Origin: Chiloscyllium plagiosum
Lineage: Eukaryota
Length of the DNA stretch: 64,000 nucleotides
Assembly (NCBI RefSeq): GCF_004010195.1
Contig: NC_057718.1
Coordinates: 51,355,941-51,419,940, forward strand
Direction: 5' to 3'
Shown: piece after piece, positions 1-13,279 of the stretch
Layout of the letters: every line of letters starts with the position of its first letter
Position numbering within the stretch: position 1 is the first letter of the stretch
Translations under genes and position numbers: made by a program
The notes under the pieces: model-generated
What the model saw: only the letters and a program-made list of their open reading frames with translations
Databases searched by the model: none
What the model was told of the DNA's origin: nothing

Positions 1-492
1 AGGGTTCAGAAAAGATTTACAAGGATGTTGCCAGGGTTGGAGGATTTGAGCTATAGGGAGAGGCTGAACAGGTGGGGCTGCTTTTCCCTGGAGCGTCAGA
101 GGCTGAGGGGTGACCTTTTGGATGTTTACAAAATTATGAGGGTCACAGATAGGATAAATAGGCAAAGTCTTTTCCCTGGGGTCAGGGAGTCCAGAACTGG
201 AGGGCATAGGTTTAAGGTGAGAGGGGAAACATATAAAAGAGACCTAAGGGGGAACATTTTCACGCAGAGGTTGGTATGTGTATTGAATGAGCCAGAGGAA
301 GTGGTGGAGGCTGGTACAATTGCAACATTTAAGAGTCATTTGAATGGGTATATGAATAGGGAGGGTTTGGAGAGATATGGGCCGGGTGTTGGCAGGTAGG
401 ACTAGATTGGGTTGGGATATCTGGTCAGTATGGACGGGTTGGACCGAAGTGTCTGTTTCCGTGCTGTACATCTCTATGACTCTATGACTCTA
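1..492 (+). mobile_element. CR1 LINE 3' end (HER1-like), young family
   Basis: ORF2 C-terminal motifs (YRERL..SLE..RLRGDL..YKIM; TGGHRFKV; FTQR), and a (CTATGACT)n 3' tail at 472-492. Confidence 0.9.
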
Positions 493-1289
493 TATGCCCT
501 ATGCATATGCTTCCTTGTCAATTTAATGTCTACCCCTGCTCTCTGTACATCCCCAGTGCCCCTTACAGCCCTGTTGCAAATTAATACCCACTCATCTCCC
601 AATGCGCAAGGTCCCTTAAACCTCCCTTGCCAGCTTAATGCAAAATAACTACCCTATCTCCAAGGCTACTTATACTCTCCATGCCAAATGATGACATTTT
701 TATGATGATTCATTCAGTAAATACTTTATATGGATCCACTGAGCATTGCAGAGATAATGGTATATTATTATTATTTCAAAAAGATCATAATTTTCTTTCA
801 AGAAAACTCCTGCCACAAGAATCCTGTAGAAGTGTCAATATAAACAGACATGTAAGTGAATGTATCCAAACAACATTATATTACACAAATCAACTGAGAC
901 AAAAGTTGGCCAAGTCTGATCTGCGTCTGAGGCCTGACTCCACCCAACCACACCAAAATTAAAATCACATTTTTTCCTGCTGCAGGTGCACAAACTAGGA
1001 AATTTCCCAACTCTGGCAAAAATTCACCCCAACCTTGTTTATTCCCTTCTCACATGCATATATTATTACCTCCCTAAATACTAATTATACCATCCATTCA
1101 TGACTACTGCATTTTTTCTTATAATTTCACAATATTCTAAGCCTTTGTTTCCTGCAGATATTAATTTTATGGAGAATGTTGATTCTCTGGCCCTTCTTCA
1201 TGTTAATCTACTGCACAAACTACAAAATTCTACCTTTTCTCACCATCCATAAAAGAGTTTATGATTCATTGGATTACATCCCTGCCTCT

Positions 1290-1992
1290 GAACCAACAGC
1301 TCCAAGATTCAAGTTACAAAGCAAGAAGGCACACTCAAAGTGACCAAAGAGGACAATGAGATTTGGAAGTTCAGGTGCACGTGTTTTTAAAATGGTGCAG
1401 ACATTAATCAAGAAAACTAATGGAATGTTTGCCTTTATATCTGGAGGACTAGAGTATAAGGACACAGAAGTTATTTTGCACTAGTGCAAAACTCTAAATA
1501 GACCCCACTTGGAGTACTGTGAGTGGGTGGGTACAATATAGGTTTACAAGAATGATTCCTGAAGTTGAGAGGTTTAATTATGAGGAGAAATTATACAAAT
1601 TAGGCTTGTTTTCTCCAGTAGTTAAAAGTTAAAGGGTGATCTGATTTAAATTTTCAACATTGCAACAGGCAAAGACACGGTCGATAAAGTATTTCCACTA
1701 GTTGGCGATTATAGAAATAGGGACCATAGATTAAAAATTAAGACCAGACCATTCAGGAAAGATGTTCGGAAGCACTTCTACACACAAAGAATGGGAGAAT
1801 TTTGGAATTCACTTCCATACATGCAGTGATATTAGATCAGTTGTTAATTTTAAATCTGAGACACAAAGTTTTGTTAAACAAAGATATTTAGGGATGTGGG
1901 CCAAGTATCCAGATGGAGTTCGGTCATACATCAGCCATGATCTCATTGAATAGTAGAATAAGGGGCTAAATGGCCTTTTCCTGTTCCTATGT
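1290..1992 (+). mobile_element. Older CR1 LINE 3' fragment
   Basis: Degenerate KANGMFAFI/PHLEYC/GDLI motifs and a CR1-type 3' end (gggctaaatggcc..ttcctgttcctatgt). Confidence 0.75.
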
Positions 1993-4818
1993 AAGGTGAT
2001 TACAAGCTTGCAAATTTACCCAACATATTCCAATAGCAGGCAGCAAAAGGCCTATACCATCACCAACATTAAGGAGTGTCCACAATATCCATATAAAAAG
2101 ACACTTTAGCACAATACTATATTGTGTCACAGTAGTGACTCCATGATCAGCAACACATGCCATCATTCCTTGTATATATACATACTTCCGAAAAAAACTT
2201 TAATGGATATCGATCAAGAGCAACTTTGACTTATTTTTTTTTCTCCTCCAGCTCAAAGATGAAGAATAATTTTGACTTGGAGCAATAGCACAAAATGGAT
2301 GAAAGCAAATCAGTCATTCTGTTTTATTTATTTATTTGCATTAAGACTAATGGAAATTAAAAACCGGGAAAGATATAAAACTGTCTGTTGATTCACGGAG
2401 ATCCACTTTACATTTCCACACAAAGTCCAAATGATCCCCAATGAACATAGTCTTATATAATTTGCATCACTTGTTCAGATCAATTAGCACTGTACCAATC
2501 AAAAATTAAAGCAGGGTCTTCCCCATCTATATGGCTCAGTGCACTACGTACAAAACATAAACTCTTCCTTACTATTAAAAGCTCTCCAATGTGATAAACA
2601 GGTTTTTTAAACACAATATGAGCTTATCTATAAATCCCTTTGCACCAAGCAACCAAGTATCTTAGTAACTTCAAAGACCTTCTCGCATTCAAATTGTTTT
2701 CTATATGAGCCGTATAATAGAAATTTGAATTAGGTAGAACTGCTATGCATTTAGTTCACTTGCCAATTTACAAGCCTGTTCAAATATTTTGGGATGGAAG
2801 TCCTCCAATTTACGATTTTTGTAAAAAAAAATCAACATGATGATTAGATGAATTTGCCTTCATAATTCTGCATTGATGACTGAAGTGAGTGTCTGATCTC
2901 AACTAAGCAATTAAAGAGAGGCTGAGTGGAATTGAAACATGCCTGACAGGGATAGAAAATTAGATGCTTCCAGCATTGATAATTAGTCTGTACTCATGGT
3001 TCAAAAGTGCTACAGGATGAAACAAGAGAAAGAAAATAATTTTTAACGTTATAGATATGCAAGTATATTAATGATCTGATACTCATTACAATGTTCAATC
3101 ATGAATGGGATGACTCAAGTTATTTTGATATTTCAGGACAGACATTTCTGTTCCAAATAAATATTCTCCAAAGTGCAATTTGCCAAATTTGATTTGCTTG
3201 TATTTAAATTTTATCCATCTCAGTCCTATTGTTTTTAAGAGAGTTAAGATGCTACAACTGAGTATGTTGAAATCTGGATTGATGTGCATGGTTTAATGAA
3301 CAGTTTAGGCTCAGATCTTCTAGTCAGCCGTGAGGGGAAGGTGCACATTGCTGGTCACAATAATAGTTCCATTCTTACTTCTTTATGCTGGAGACACCCT
3401 GTTCTGGCAGCAGTGCACAGCCATCAGTAAAAACAGCTACGAGGGGTCATGGTGAGACACTGAAGTGGTCAGATCACTTCCTCTTTGAAGTTAGCAGTAC
3501 AAAGACACCGCTTGAGCACCTGATGTGCTTTTATGATTTTTAAAAAATTCTTAAGCATTTTTAAATTGTATTTTAATATTTTGCAGATTTCTAGTAGCAT
3601 TTACAATTTTACACAATCTTGAATGTGATGTAAGAAAACACTTGGAATGAACATAAAATGCTTTTGAAATAATTGGTGAACTACATTTTATAGTATTGGG
3701 TCACCTTTTAAGATAAGTAACTATTTCAAATGTTTGAAGCACTTTCAATAGCATTTGTACATTATGAATTCAGACAGCTACTGAGATTAGCAGTCCTGAG
3801 GTCAAATTGTTTAAGTGATTTTTTGGGGGGTTATCAGATGCATTTCAGTTTTTGTAGTAGAATTAGTGAATTCTTACATTTATAAAGTCACCCTGCCCAT
3901 TAAAAGTTATGGGTAATACTGTACAGATGCATATGTTTGGACTGCTTCTGGGTCCCAAATGGCAACAGCAGTAGATGTGTGAATTATCACTGCTAATGCC
4001 ATCAGAAAATCTTCTCCAGTTATATAAGAAATATGTAGAATCAAGATTTTGACAAGAAATGTATTTTATTGCATAAATAGAATGCTTTCCTTAAAAAATA
4101 TATACAATTTACAAGGCATTTAATAATCATTTACATAGACTTGTATGAAAGCAAACCTGCTCTGAACTCTGTAACATAGAGGCTAGAAGATACAAGATGT
4201 TGGAAGGGTTGTTCAAATGTTTTTCCATTGCTATGAAATATTACCAAAAGCAGCTAACTACCAAAAGCACATCAGTGATAACTACCAACCAGAGGTGGGC
4301 AGTCAATTCAACCAATAGATTGTTCAACAATGCCTCTACTAGCATCTTATCAGAAAGGTTATTACCACATAGGACGCTGTCAAGCAAACCTGCAGTCTCC
4401 CTGCAGGTCTCTCGGTCAGATTGTGATTGCTTCTTGATCCACAGAGGGACTCCTGATAGCAGTTATGACTGCCTGCACACTGACAAAACCATCACTGGAA
4501 GGTATATGCTTTGATTGTTGCCACCTGTCAGCATGGACCCAGAACAGTAAATAAAGAAACATATCTTGTATTCAGGGATACCTCAGGGAAATGGCATCCT
4601 CATTTTCATTCCGAAACCTCAGAAAGGGCCACCATTACTGGTGCACTGCTGAGGCTGCCAAGCTGCACCTGAGGTCTTTTAATTGGCTACTATCAGTAAA
4701 ATGCAGCCAAGGATCCTGTGACGACCCAAAACAGAGTCAGGTCCTGCTTCCAGTCCTGGAGGTGGTGCATTCTATCCTTTGAACAATCTACAGCTATTAT
4801 CTCTGTTTGTAGATTCAG

Positions 4819-5035
4819 TTCGAGAGTGTGGTGCTGGAAAAGCACAGCAGGTCAGGCAGCATCCAAGGAGCAGAAAAATCGATGTTTCGGGCAAAAGCAA
4901 TACCAGTTCCTGATGAAGGGCTTTTGCCCGAAACATCGATTTTCCTGCTTCTCAGGTGCTGCCTGAGCTGCTGTGCTTCTCCAGCACCACACTCTTGACT
5001 CTGCATCTGCAGCATCTGCAGTCCTCACTTTCGTC
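4819..5035. mobile_element. Fold-back Penelope-derived non-autonomous element with hammerhead motif
   Basis: About 75-bp inverted arms (4822-4898 / 4920-4995). Core CTGATGA-A-GGGC-TTTT-GCCC-GAAAC-ATC at 4910-4937. 12-bp TSD TTGTAGATTCAG at 4807-4818 and 5036-5047. Confidence 0.8.
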
Positions 5036-6289
5036 TTGTAGATTCAGCTGCACACCCAAGGGGTGGAATGGGGTTGGGCACTGCTGGATGAGTCTATTTC
5101 ATAAAGTAAAACTTGGAATTGGTGTTGTCAGGTCAAGTGAACAAGTCAGCTATCATGCTGTTCACTAAAAGAATGTCTGATGCCTTTTAAAGGACAGTAC
5201 ACTTAAATTGTAATCAGCAAGGAGCACTGTAACCTTTACCTGCCTACAATAATAATATTGTCACAATATTCAGAAGGCTTGTGAACACTTCATGCTATTT
5301 TACCAAAATCAGGCTTAGAGATAAATGATTCTCACTTAAAATAAACAATTAAAGTTCTGCATCATGATCAACATTTTAGGGCTTTCAACCTTGATGCTAC
5401 AATGCTCAATGTTAGATTAATAGTTTCAGTCCAATGCTTGACTAACAACACAGGTCCTCTGGAAAATGATGACAAGTTAAAGGACTAACTTCAACTTCTA
5501 TGACCTTCATTGTCCATGTATGTGCCTCATGGCTGGTAATAAGTCAGTGCTTTCTTGGAAAACAAAATTGGCAGGAGGCCAAAACGGTACACACAGCCAG
5601 TGAAATGAGTTTATGAACTAAGATGAATAATTAGAACTAATGATTATAAATCTAAATTCCCAGAAACTAATAGCATGACCAGCCAGTCAAGAACATTAAA
5701 AGCCTGTTTGCTTGTGCTTATTAATTCACATAAACATTGACTGGCTTTACTCCCAGGAAAACAGATTATTCATGATACACAGACAATGTGATCAAATTCA
5801 GTGATCAAAGTCCACATGCAGACAACAAGTCTCTCTGACAGCATTACTAAGCTTGGCTTTGACAAATATAATATGCTTATTTCACAGTTGACTTCTCTTG
5901 AAAGGATATGTCAATCATAAGAAATGGGCTGTTTCCATCAGCAGTTGGTAGGTGTAATATTATTCAACTGTACCACATCATCTTCAAAGATCTAAACTAA
6001 GTGTTCAGTTCCTATCAAGCTTCATTGTGCATGATATCATTGTAGAGTATTGATAATACTGTCTTTATATTCCATTATGTTCTGATCTTTCATAACATGA
6101 GTTCACAAGCTAGCTTTTGCTTCTAAGTCTACTTGTTTTTTGAACAAACAATAGAATGGAGGAACTGATCATACCATAAGTGGTAAAATGTTGTGGAGTT
6201 TGATCCTGTTTGTACTGAAGTTGGTGCATCACTACAATAATTTTCATTCATTTAGCATCTTTAACAGAACAAACTATCTTATCATACCT

Positions 6290-7110
6290 CACAGGAAAGT
6301 ATAAAACAAAATTTGACAATAGATCCCATTAGGAGATGACAGGACAGATGACCAAAACTTGAGCAAAGAGATAGGTTTCAAGAACCATCTTAAAGCAAAG
6401 TGTTTTAAGGACAGAGCTCCAGAGTTTAGGGCCTTGGCTGCTGAAGACATGAGAACTGATGGTGGAACAATTAAAATCTGGGATCCTCTCAAGTAAGTAT
6501 TAAAGGAGTGCAGAAATCTCAGAGATTTGTGTAGATGGATAAAGATAACATGAGTGGGAAGTGGTGACAATGGACAGTCTTTAAAATGAGGAAGAGAATT
6601 GTAAAAACATGGTCAGAAATTGTTGGCAGAACTCAGCAGAGAGTTCATGTTTTGAGGCCAGTGACTCTTCATCAGAACTGAGGCTACAAGATGCTACCAG
6701 ACCTGTTGGGTTTCACTCGCAATTTCTGTTTTTGTTTCAGATCTCCATCATCTGCAGTTCTTTGTTTTATTTGTAAACAAGGTGTTGCTTAAACAGGAGC
6801 CAATGTCTCAGCAAACATGATAGGAGAACAGGAGTCAATGCAAGGGACATGAGCTGCACGATTTTGAATTACCTTCAATTTACGGAGCATAAAATGGGAA
6901 AGGTTGTCCAGGAATAAGTTGGAATAGTCAATTCTAAAGGGAACAGAGGTGTGTACAAGTCTTTCAGCATCAGATGAGCTGAGGCAGACAGGAAGTCAGG
7001 CAATATTACAAAGATGCAAATCTGCAACCTTAGTGATACAATGGGTATATGGTCGGATTCTCATCTCAATTTCAATCACAACACCAAGCAAACAGTCTGG
7101 TTCACACAGT
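6290..7110 (-). mobile_element. Degenerate L2-like LINE 3' part, interrupted at ~6612-6772
   Basis: Resembles vertebrate L2 3' ends; minus-strand remnant ..SSAAKALNSGALSLKH... Confidence 0.5.
6612..6772. mobile_element. Penelope-derived partial fold-back element, degenerate hammerhead on minus strand
   Basis: Minus strand TTCTGATGAAGAGTCACTGGCCTCAAAACATG (~6645-6677). Shares arms with the 10538-10778 family. Confidence 0.6.
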
Positions 7111-7218
7111 GGCAAAGGGATGAGAACTTTCTTTTCTCCGGTAGATAAGAGTACATTGAAGCTCCCGCATAGAAATAGACCCTTCAACCCAATCAGTTGT
7201 TGGGTGAAACATTCTAGG

Positions 7219-7350
7219 TAAAAACAATGACTGCAGATGCTGGAAACCAGAGTTTAGATTAGAGTGGTGCTGGAAAAGCACAGCAGTTCAGGCAGCATCC
7301 GAGAAGCTGTAAAATCGACATTTCGGGCAAAAGCCCTTCATCAGGAATAC
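7219..7350 (-). mobile_element. Penelope-derived terminal-repeat fragment with hammerhead motif
   Basis: Minus strand ATTC-CTGATGA-A-GGGC-TTTT-GCCC-GAAA-TGTC-GATT (7314-7348), followed by the family tail ..ctgtgcttttccagcaccac..ccagcatctgcagtc. Confidence 0.75.
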
Positions 7351-9427
7351 AGGAAGGTATTTAAATCAGGCTGAAAGGTTGTGGGTTGGCACCATGCCGT
7401 CTTCCCACATCAAACCCAATAAAATCTAGGGAGGTTAGGCCTATGGACAATGAATGACCAACTAAGGGCCTTATGTTGCAGCCCCCTCTGGGAAATACTC
7501 CAAACCACTTGTCGTCTCTGTGGGGTGTCATCATTCCCTCAGAGGCTTTCACTGTCTGTTAAGGGACATGGCATCAGAAAGGGCAGTACGCTAAGGGCCA
7601 TTTCCCCCTACCCTTGTTGCCAATACAAACTCTCCTTTGAAAGCCTTCCCTTTTGTTGTGATTACTCCATGATCCTGAGTTTATGGAGGCTGTCATTCTG
7701 GCAACATCCACTGCCTCTCTGATGACATTGCTGAGCTGTAGAGATGCTGGTTTCTGATTAGATGGCAGCTCTCAGAGGCTGTATCTTCCTGTCCCTGGGA
7801 TATTGATCCTAAAGGAAGAGCTGCCTGTGGTCTTTTGACACTCCAACGAGCTCATGGTTCATCAATCCTTCACCTGAAGGTGGCTCAGTGTGTTTCTCAC
7901 AACTCTCTAATTGGCAGGTGAGACTACAGATACTCCACAACAATCCCACTCATGAAGCACACTCGACATTAGCAACTGATTCAAATCAGAGACATGCTAT
8001 TCTTATATCATTTCAATACTCATCCAATATAAAGTAATATCACTCTCATCCTAATGAACTGATTTACAAAAAATATATACTTTGATGGATTTGAGCTGAA
8101 AGAACAAAACTCAAATATTCATAAAAGTCAATCAAAAACGATGAAAATGTGTCAGAAAATTAAAATATATTTCTGAAATGTTGGATTTTAATTATTTTTG
8201 TAAACATTGTACATTAGTTTTCTGCACTCACTGTGACTAGAATCTTTTCAAAGTGTCAGTTTAATCCATGTAAGTACTATATAATCCATTTATCATGGAC
8301 CGGTCTGTGCTGCCATGATATAGACAATGTCCATATTTGAACTACACAAATTAAGTGGCCACTTTAGGCTTCTCCTACGACTTTCTAAATCAACAATTTT
8401 TCACAGAAGAGAAAATTTGTGAAGTAGGGATCAGAAAGATAGGTGGATTGATTAGTGGAGGCAGCTAAAATAGATTGGGAGATTAACTAATCTTTTTCCA
8501 CCCTGATTTGCTGCAGTTTTAAATGACAGTGAGCAAAATCATGCACCCTAAACTAATACAGCTTTCATTTAAAATGCAGATCAGGCTCTGGTGATATCAT
8601 CATGGCCTGATCTGCTTTTTCAAAGCAGTGCCTGAGGAGTGGGGAGAATAGTCATGGTTAATGTGTTAGGCAAAACATAGTGAGCATAGAAGCAAAGACC
8701 AAAAGAGATCCTGAAGGATCTTTCTTTTGTTCTTAAAAATTAAATATTCCTTTGCTCCTCCAGGTCCAACAAGGAAATTTGAGACTCTAGAATGCTGCAC
8801 ATAAATCATAGCTTTGCTCCTGGGACTCAATATTCAATACAGCACAGGGACAGGCCCGTTGGCCAACCAAAGAAAGGGACCCTTTCTTTGTACTGGGGAC
8901 TGTTGTACAAGATAATGGTTTTTTTGAAGTTAATGGTCCAAATATTACAATTACTGCCAGAATAAATTTGAAAGATGGTATCTGTCTTTAAAATAACTCA
9001 CTTGACCTGTTAGCCTATTTTCCGACCAATATTTCACACAGAGTCTGATCTGTCCAAAAAACATCCATCGGAGAAAACATTGGAGAAATCTACTCAGTGC
9101 AGGAGTAGCGCTGCATCCCAAGATACAGCCTTTACTCCATGGCATTTGTTGGCCAATGTCCCAAAGGCACTTTGACAGTGACTGAGGAGAGTGCCAGCTG
9201 AGTGGCATAGGTAGGATACCACATAAGTAAATGAGTGCACTGGATATTTTGGGACATTGGGTTTGGCTAGGGGTAGGGAGGTGTTGGTGTCTACCAGGAT
9301 CCAGTCAATCAGACTGGCTTTTGAGGATGGGGATGGGTGTCAGGGAGAACAGTGAGAGAGTAGGGTGGGTGTTCAGGCCAGGCAGGGTAAAGTTAGAGTC
9401 AGTCCAGGCCAGAGGAGGGGGTTCAGG

Positions 9428-9800
9428 TTATACAGTCAAACAGCATGGAAACAGACCCTTCAGTCCAAATTGTCCAGACCAACCAGATTTCTCAAGCTAA
9501 ACTGGTCTCATTTACTTGTGTTTGGCCCATATCCCTTTAAACTCTCCTATTCATGTACATGTCTAAATGTATTTTAAATGTTGCAACTGTATCTGCATCT
9601 AACACTTCCTCTGGCAATTCATTCCACAAACACACTACCCACTGATTGTAAAAGTTGCCTCACAGGTCTCTTTTAAATCTTTTCCCACTCACCTTAAAAT
9701 TATGCCCTCTAGTTTTGAACAATCCTACTCAAGGGAAAAAATCCTTTGCTATTTATCTGACCTATGCCCTTCATGATTTTATAAACCTCTATAAGGTCAG
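9428..9800 (-). mobile_element. CR1 LINE 3' end
   Basis: Reverse complement of the 1-492 type sequence (..aacagacccttcagtcca..ttcatgattttataaacctctataaggtc). Confidence 0.8.
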
Positions 9801-10537
9801 CTCTCCTCACTGGTACAGAGCAGGCCGGAGGGGAGAGGATGAGTATCACATCCAGTTGGGTAGGGTAGGAAGCATAGGAGTGTTGTCAATTCAGGGGATG
9901 TCATGAGTCAGGGAGGAGGTGGATAACGTTGCAAGGAGGAGAATGGGTGGGGGGAAGTGGGGGGGGGGGGGGGGGGGGAGGGATGCTGAGTCAGGATATG
10001 TTACCCAATTAGCAGTAGCTTTTATCTTTTAGCTTTTCCTGTGCAACTATTAAGCTTAAGTAGCTTGAATCATCTTAATACTCTGACTTTAATGGACTTC
10101 GTCAGAGCATTCCAGATGCAGGGGTACTACCCAACAGAAAATTTAATTGCCCAGATAATTCCTATGTCAAGAAATTCTATGTGGTCCCAATATGCAACTC
10201 CAGTTTACGCTACTCCAATGATTAGCTGGTCATTGGAATACATGGGCCAATGTTCGTGTTATTTTATTCTCCACTCAATCTGATAATGGAGATTGTTGAG
10301 GTTTATATGAGTACCAGAGGGGAGACATGTATTTTGTATAGCTCCCGAGAGTCCTGGTAACGATAGTTTATTCGGTAATCTACATTGAATCTACTAGTAT
10401 CATGCAATATACCACTTGTCATCTAAGATAAGTGCCACTATAGTTTAGATACGCATTAGTGCTGATTCCAACCATTGGTAATGTATACTTACACAAAAGA
10501 AGATTGGTGACAGTGAACTACAACAAACAGAATAAAA

Positions 10538-10778
10538 GCTGAAAGAACTGCGGATGTCATAAATCAGAAACAAAAACAGAAGTTGCTGGAAAAGCTCAGC
10601 AGTTCTGGCTGCATCTGTGAAGAGAAATCAGAGTTAATGTTTCGGGTCCTGTTCTGAGGAAGGGACACTGGACTTGAAACGTTCATTGATCTCTCTTCAC
10701 AGATGCTGTCAGACCTGCTGAGCTTTTCCAGCAATTTTTGTTTCATTTCTTATTTATAGCAACCGCAGTTCTTTCAGG
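10538..10778. mobile_element. Fold-back Penelope-derived element with hammerhead motif (second family)
   Basis: Inverted arms of ~105 bp (gaaagaactgcgg...ccgcagttctttc). Central CTGAGGA-A-GGGAC-ACTG-GACTT-GAAAC-GTT at 10654-10683. Confidence 0.75.
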
Positions 10779-11477
10779 TTTTTTTTGGCGAGTAAGGACG
10801 TATCCATCCTCTCAGAACAATTAAATGCTTTAAATTAATAAATGGCCTGCAACTAGGTCACTAGTTTGACAAGGCAGGTGGAGAGGGCCACAAAGCTGCT
10901 CTGAAGCTCTGACAACCTGCTCTAGTACCAAGAGGCTACCTCCAGGAAATAACATAGTTGTCGATACCTGTTGATCTCTGATAATAATCATGAAGCACCC
11001 TTAACCCCACCTCAGGGCAAATCAACCTGAACAGAAGTGTGCTGATGGTGGCCAATGGCATGAATTTTCATGTCTGTCCACTTCTGTATTCTTCCCGCTA
11101 GCAAACAACAAATGTATTGTCACAATCCTCAAACTATCAGAGATTGCCAAAAAAACCAGGGACAGTGGAGCTTGATCAAAGTGTTTAAAGAAACTTGGCA
11201 CAAGATTAATTGGTAATGTCTGAAGGGTCCAGATAAAGCAGTTAAAATTTGGTTCACTGCCTTACTTGTATTCTAAATTAGTGTTATGAATTGAAATACA
11301 TAAAGATATCTGGGTTCAAACTTACTGATGAATCAGGTGAGTACTCAGGTATCACTCCATAATGCTACCCACCAAAAGGCAAATGTCAAGTTATCAGGTT
11401 TTAATGAAATTTGAGATAAGATGGTTTCAACTGGACTCAAGAGTGAAGATAGGGAATCAAGTTGAATTCTCACTTTA

Positions 11478-11610
11478 ATAAAACAAAGAACTGCAGATGG
11501 TAGAGAACAAAAATAGAAATTGCTGGCAAAACTCAACAAATCTGGCAGCATCTTTGGAGAGAAGATGGAGTTCATGTTTTGAGTCCACTCACTCTTCATT
11601 AGTTCTGACA
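11478..11610 (-). mobile_element. Single-arm copy of the second Penelope-derived family, decayed hammerhead
   Basis: Minus strand CTAATGAAGAGTGAGTGGACTCAAAACATG; arm matches 10538-10650. Confidence 0.55.
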
Positions 11611-13279
11611 GAGAGATGAATAGATTATGGGGAGAGGGGGAAAACAAAACTGTACAGACAACTCAGGAGTCTTTGTTCCCAAATTCTGTCATTAAGATGA
11701 CCTTGACTACTCTTCTTCTAGCGAGCACATTGCTTCCATTTTCTCTGGATGGTTCCACTGGTTGCTAAGAGAAAAAAAGTGGCCAGTTCACTTCTAAAAA
11801 GATCTCTGACTTATCAGTTAAAATTCACAGCTTTCAACAGCTGATGCTGGAAATATAAGCCAGTTTTCCTGAGGTTTAATCTTAGTTTTGCCTGCAGAGA
11901 ACAGAATGACTATTCCCAAGCCAAAGAAAAACTCTGTAACTTGTTCCCAGCTCCAAATTGTTCAGTTAATTGGAAACCAATCACAGAATTGTTGGTAGGC
12001 AAAAAAACCTCTACAATTGATTCCTGGGCACCAGTCTATAGACCAATCAACTTCTTGTTGCCCACAAAAGCTGCAATAGTACACCCCACCCCCCCCACCC
12101 CCCACCCCCCTCCATACTTCAAATCCATTGCAACTCAAATTTCAATTGCTGCCTATTGAAAACTTTTTGCAATGTCTGCCATGGGTGTCAGGTTGCTTGC
12201 TTTAAAATATACAGCTACCTTTTCAACAATTGGTTTGAAAATAGCTCTTTCTCATTTCAGGTAAAAGACATGGTTCTTACAAGAGAAAAAAACAATTCCC
12301 AAAGTGAAGGAAATCACTCTTTATAATCACAGTTATTATGAGCAGGAAATTGGGAAAGGAAGAGGAAGAGTAAAATTGTGCTCCCACAACCGTGATGCAT
12401 GTCGTTTCATATCCAAAACCCACCACGTGGCTTGAACCGAGTTTAAAAATTAAAATGTAAACAATATATAATCACAACCTGATACATTTTTAAATATAAA
12501 TGAAAATAAACCCCAAATCAAAGCAGAAAAATGACAATGTCTTTTGTATAGATTGTTCTAAATATATTAAATGATATAAATCACATTGAAACACAACAGT
12601 TCACATTGCACGTAACTACCACAACTTTCAATCATCCATGTTAAAAGATTTACCACATAGTTTTCCATGAAAGACATTTTTCTTTAAGCTTAGAAGATAT
12701 CCTGAAAAATAATCGAAGTTGTACATTATTTCAAAGACACAATGGTGCAACAGAAAAAAGATTTAAAAGCTTTAAAATAAAAAAAAATAAAACTACAAGG
12801 GAATTTCTGTGGCTTTCAACAATAGCGAGAATTGTCAAACTTCAATGGAAACCTTGAAGTGAGCAATTTAAGATGAATGTGGCACAGCTGACAGATGCAA
12901 TCTCATCTCACATTTCAGAAATTCCAATCATACAATATATAAAAAAGACAAACTACATATATGAGAAGGTGGAAAAGTAACCAAGAATAATCACAAACTG
13001 AGTATTTTTATATCAGCATATAAAGAATTGACAAGCTGATTTTCCAAAACTATATTTTGTTTACCAAGTTGACTTCCTGTATCTTCCTTTTCATCATTTT
13101 CAGACAGTAGCATAGGGAGCTGAACACTTTTTTTCTTCCTAGATTTACCATAGATTTGTGTTTTGTATATTTTGCATTAAAATTAATTTTCCCTCTCATT
13201 TTAGGATTTTTGTTTCTTTTCTCTTGTTTATTTATCTTCAGGACCATATATTATGCTTTGGCCTATTACTCAGTGAAGT

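Noticed and set aside
4819..5035. Fold-back elements as miRNA genes, MITEs or CRISPR-like repeats
   Set aside because: They are dispersed, have variable-length TSDs and asymmetric arms, and match the ends of Penelope coding remnants; no spacer array, and the context is eukaryotic.
9945..9982. Poly-G run as a G-quadruplex element
   Set aside because: Simple homopolymer beside decayed repeats; length unreliable and possibly a sequencing artefact.
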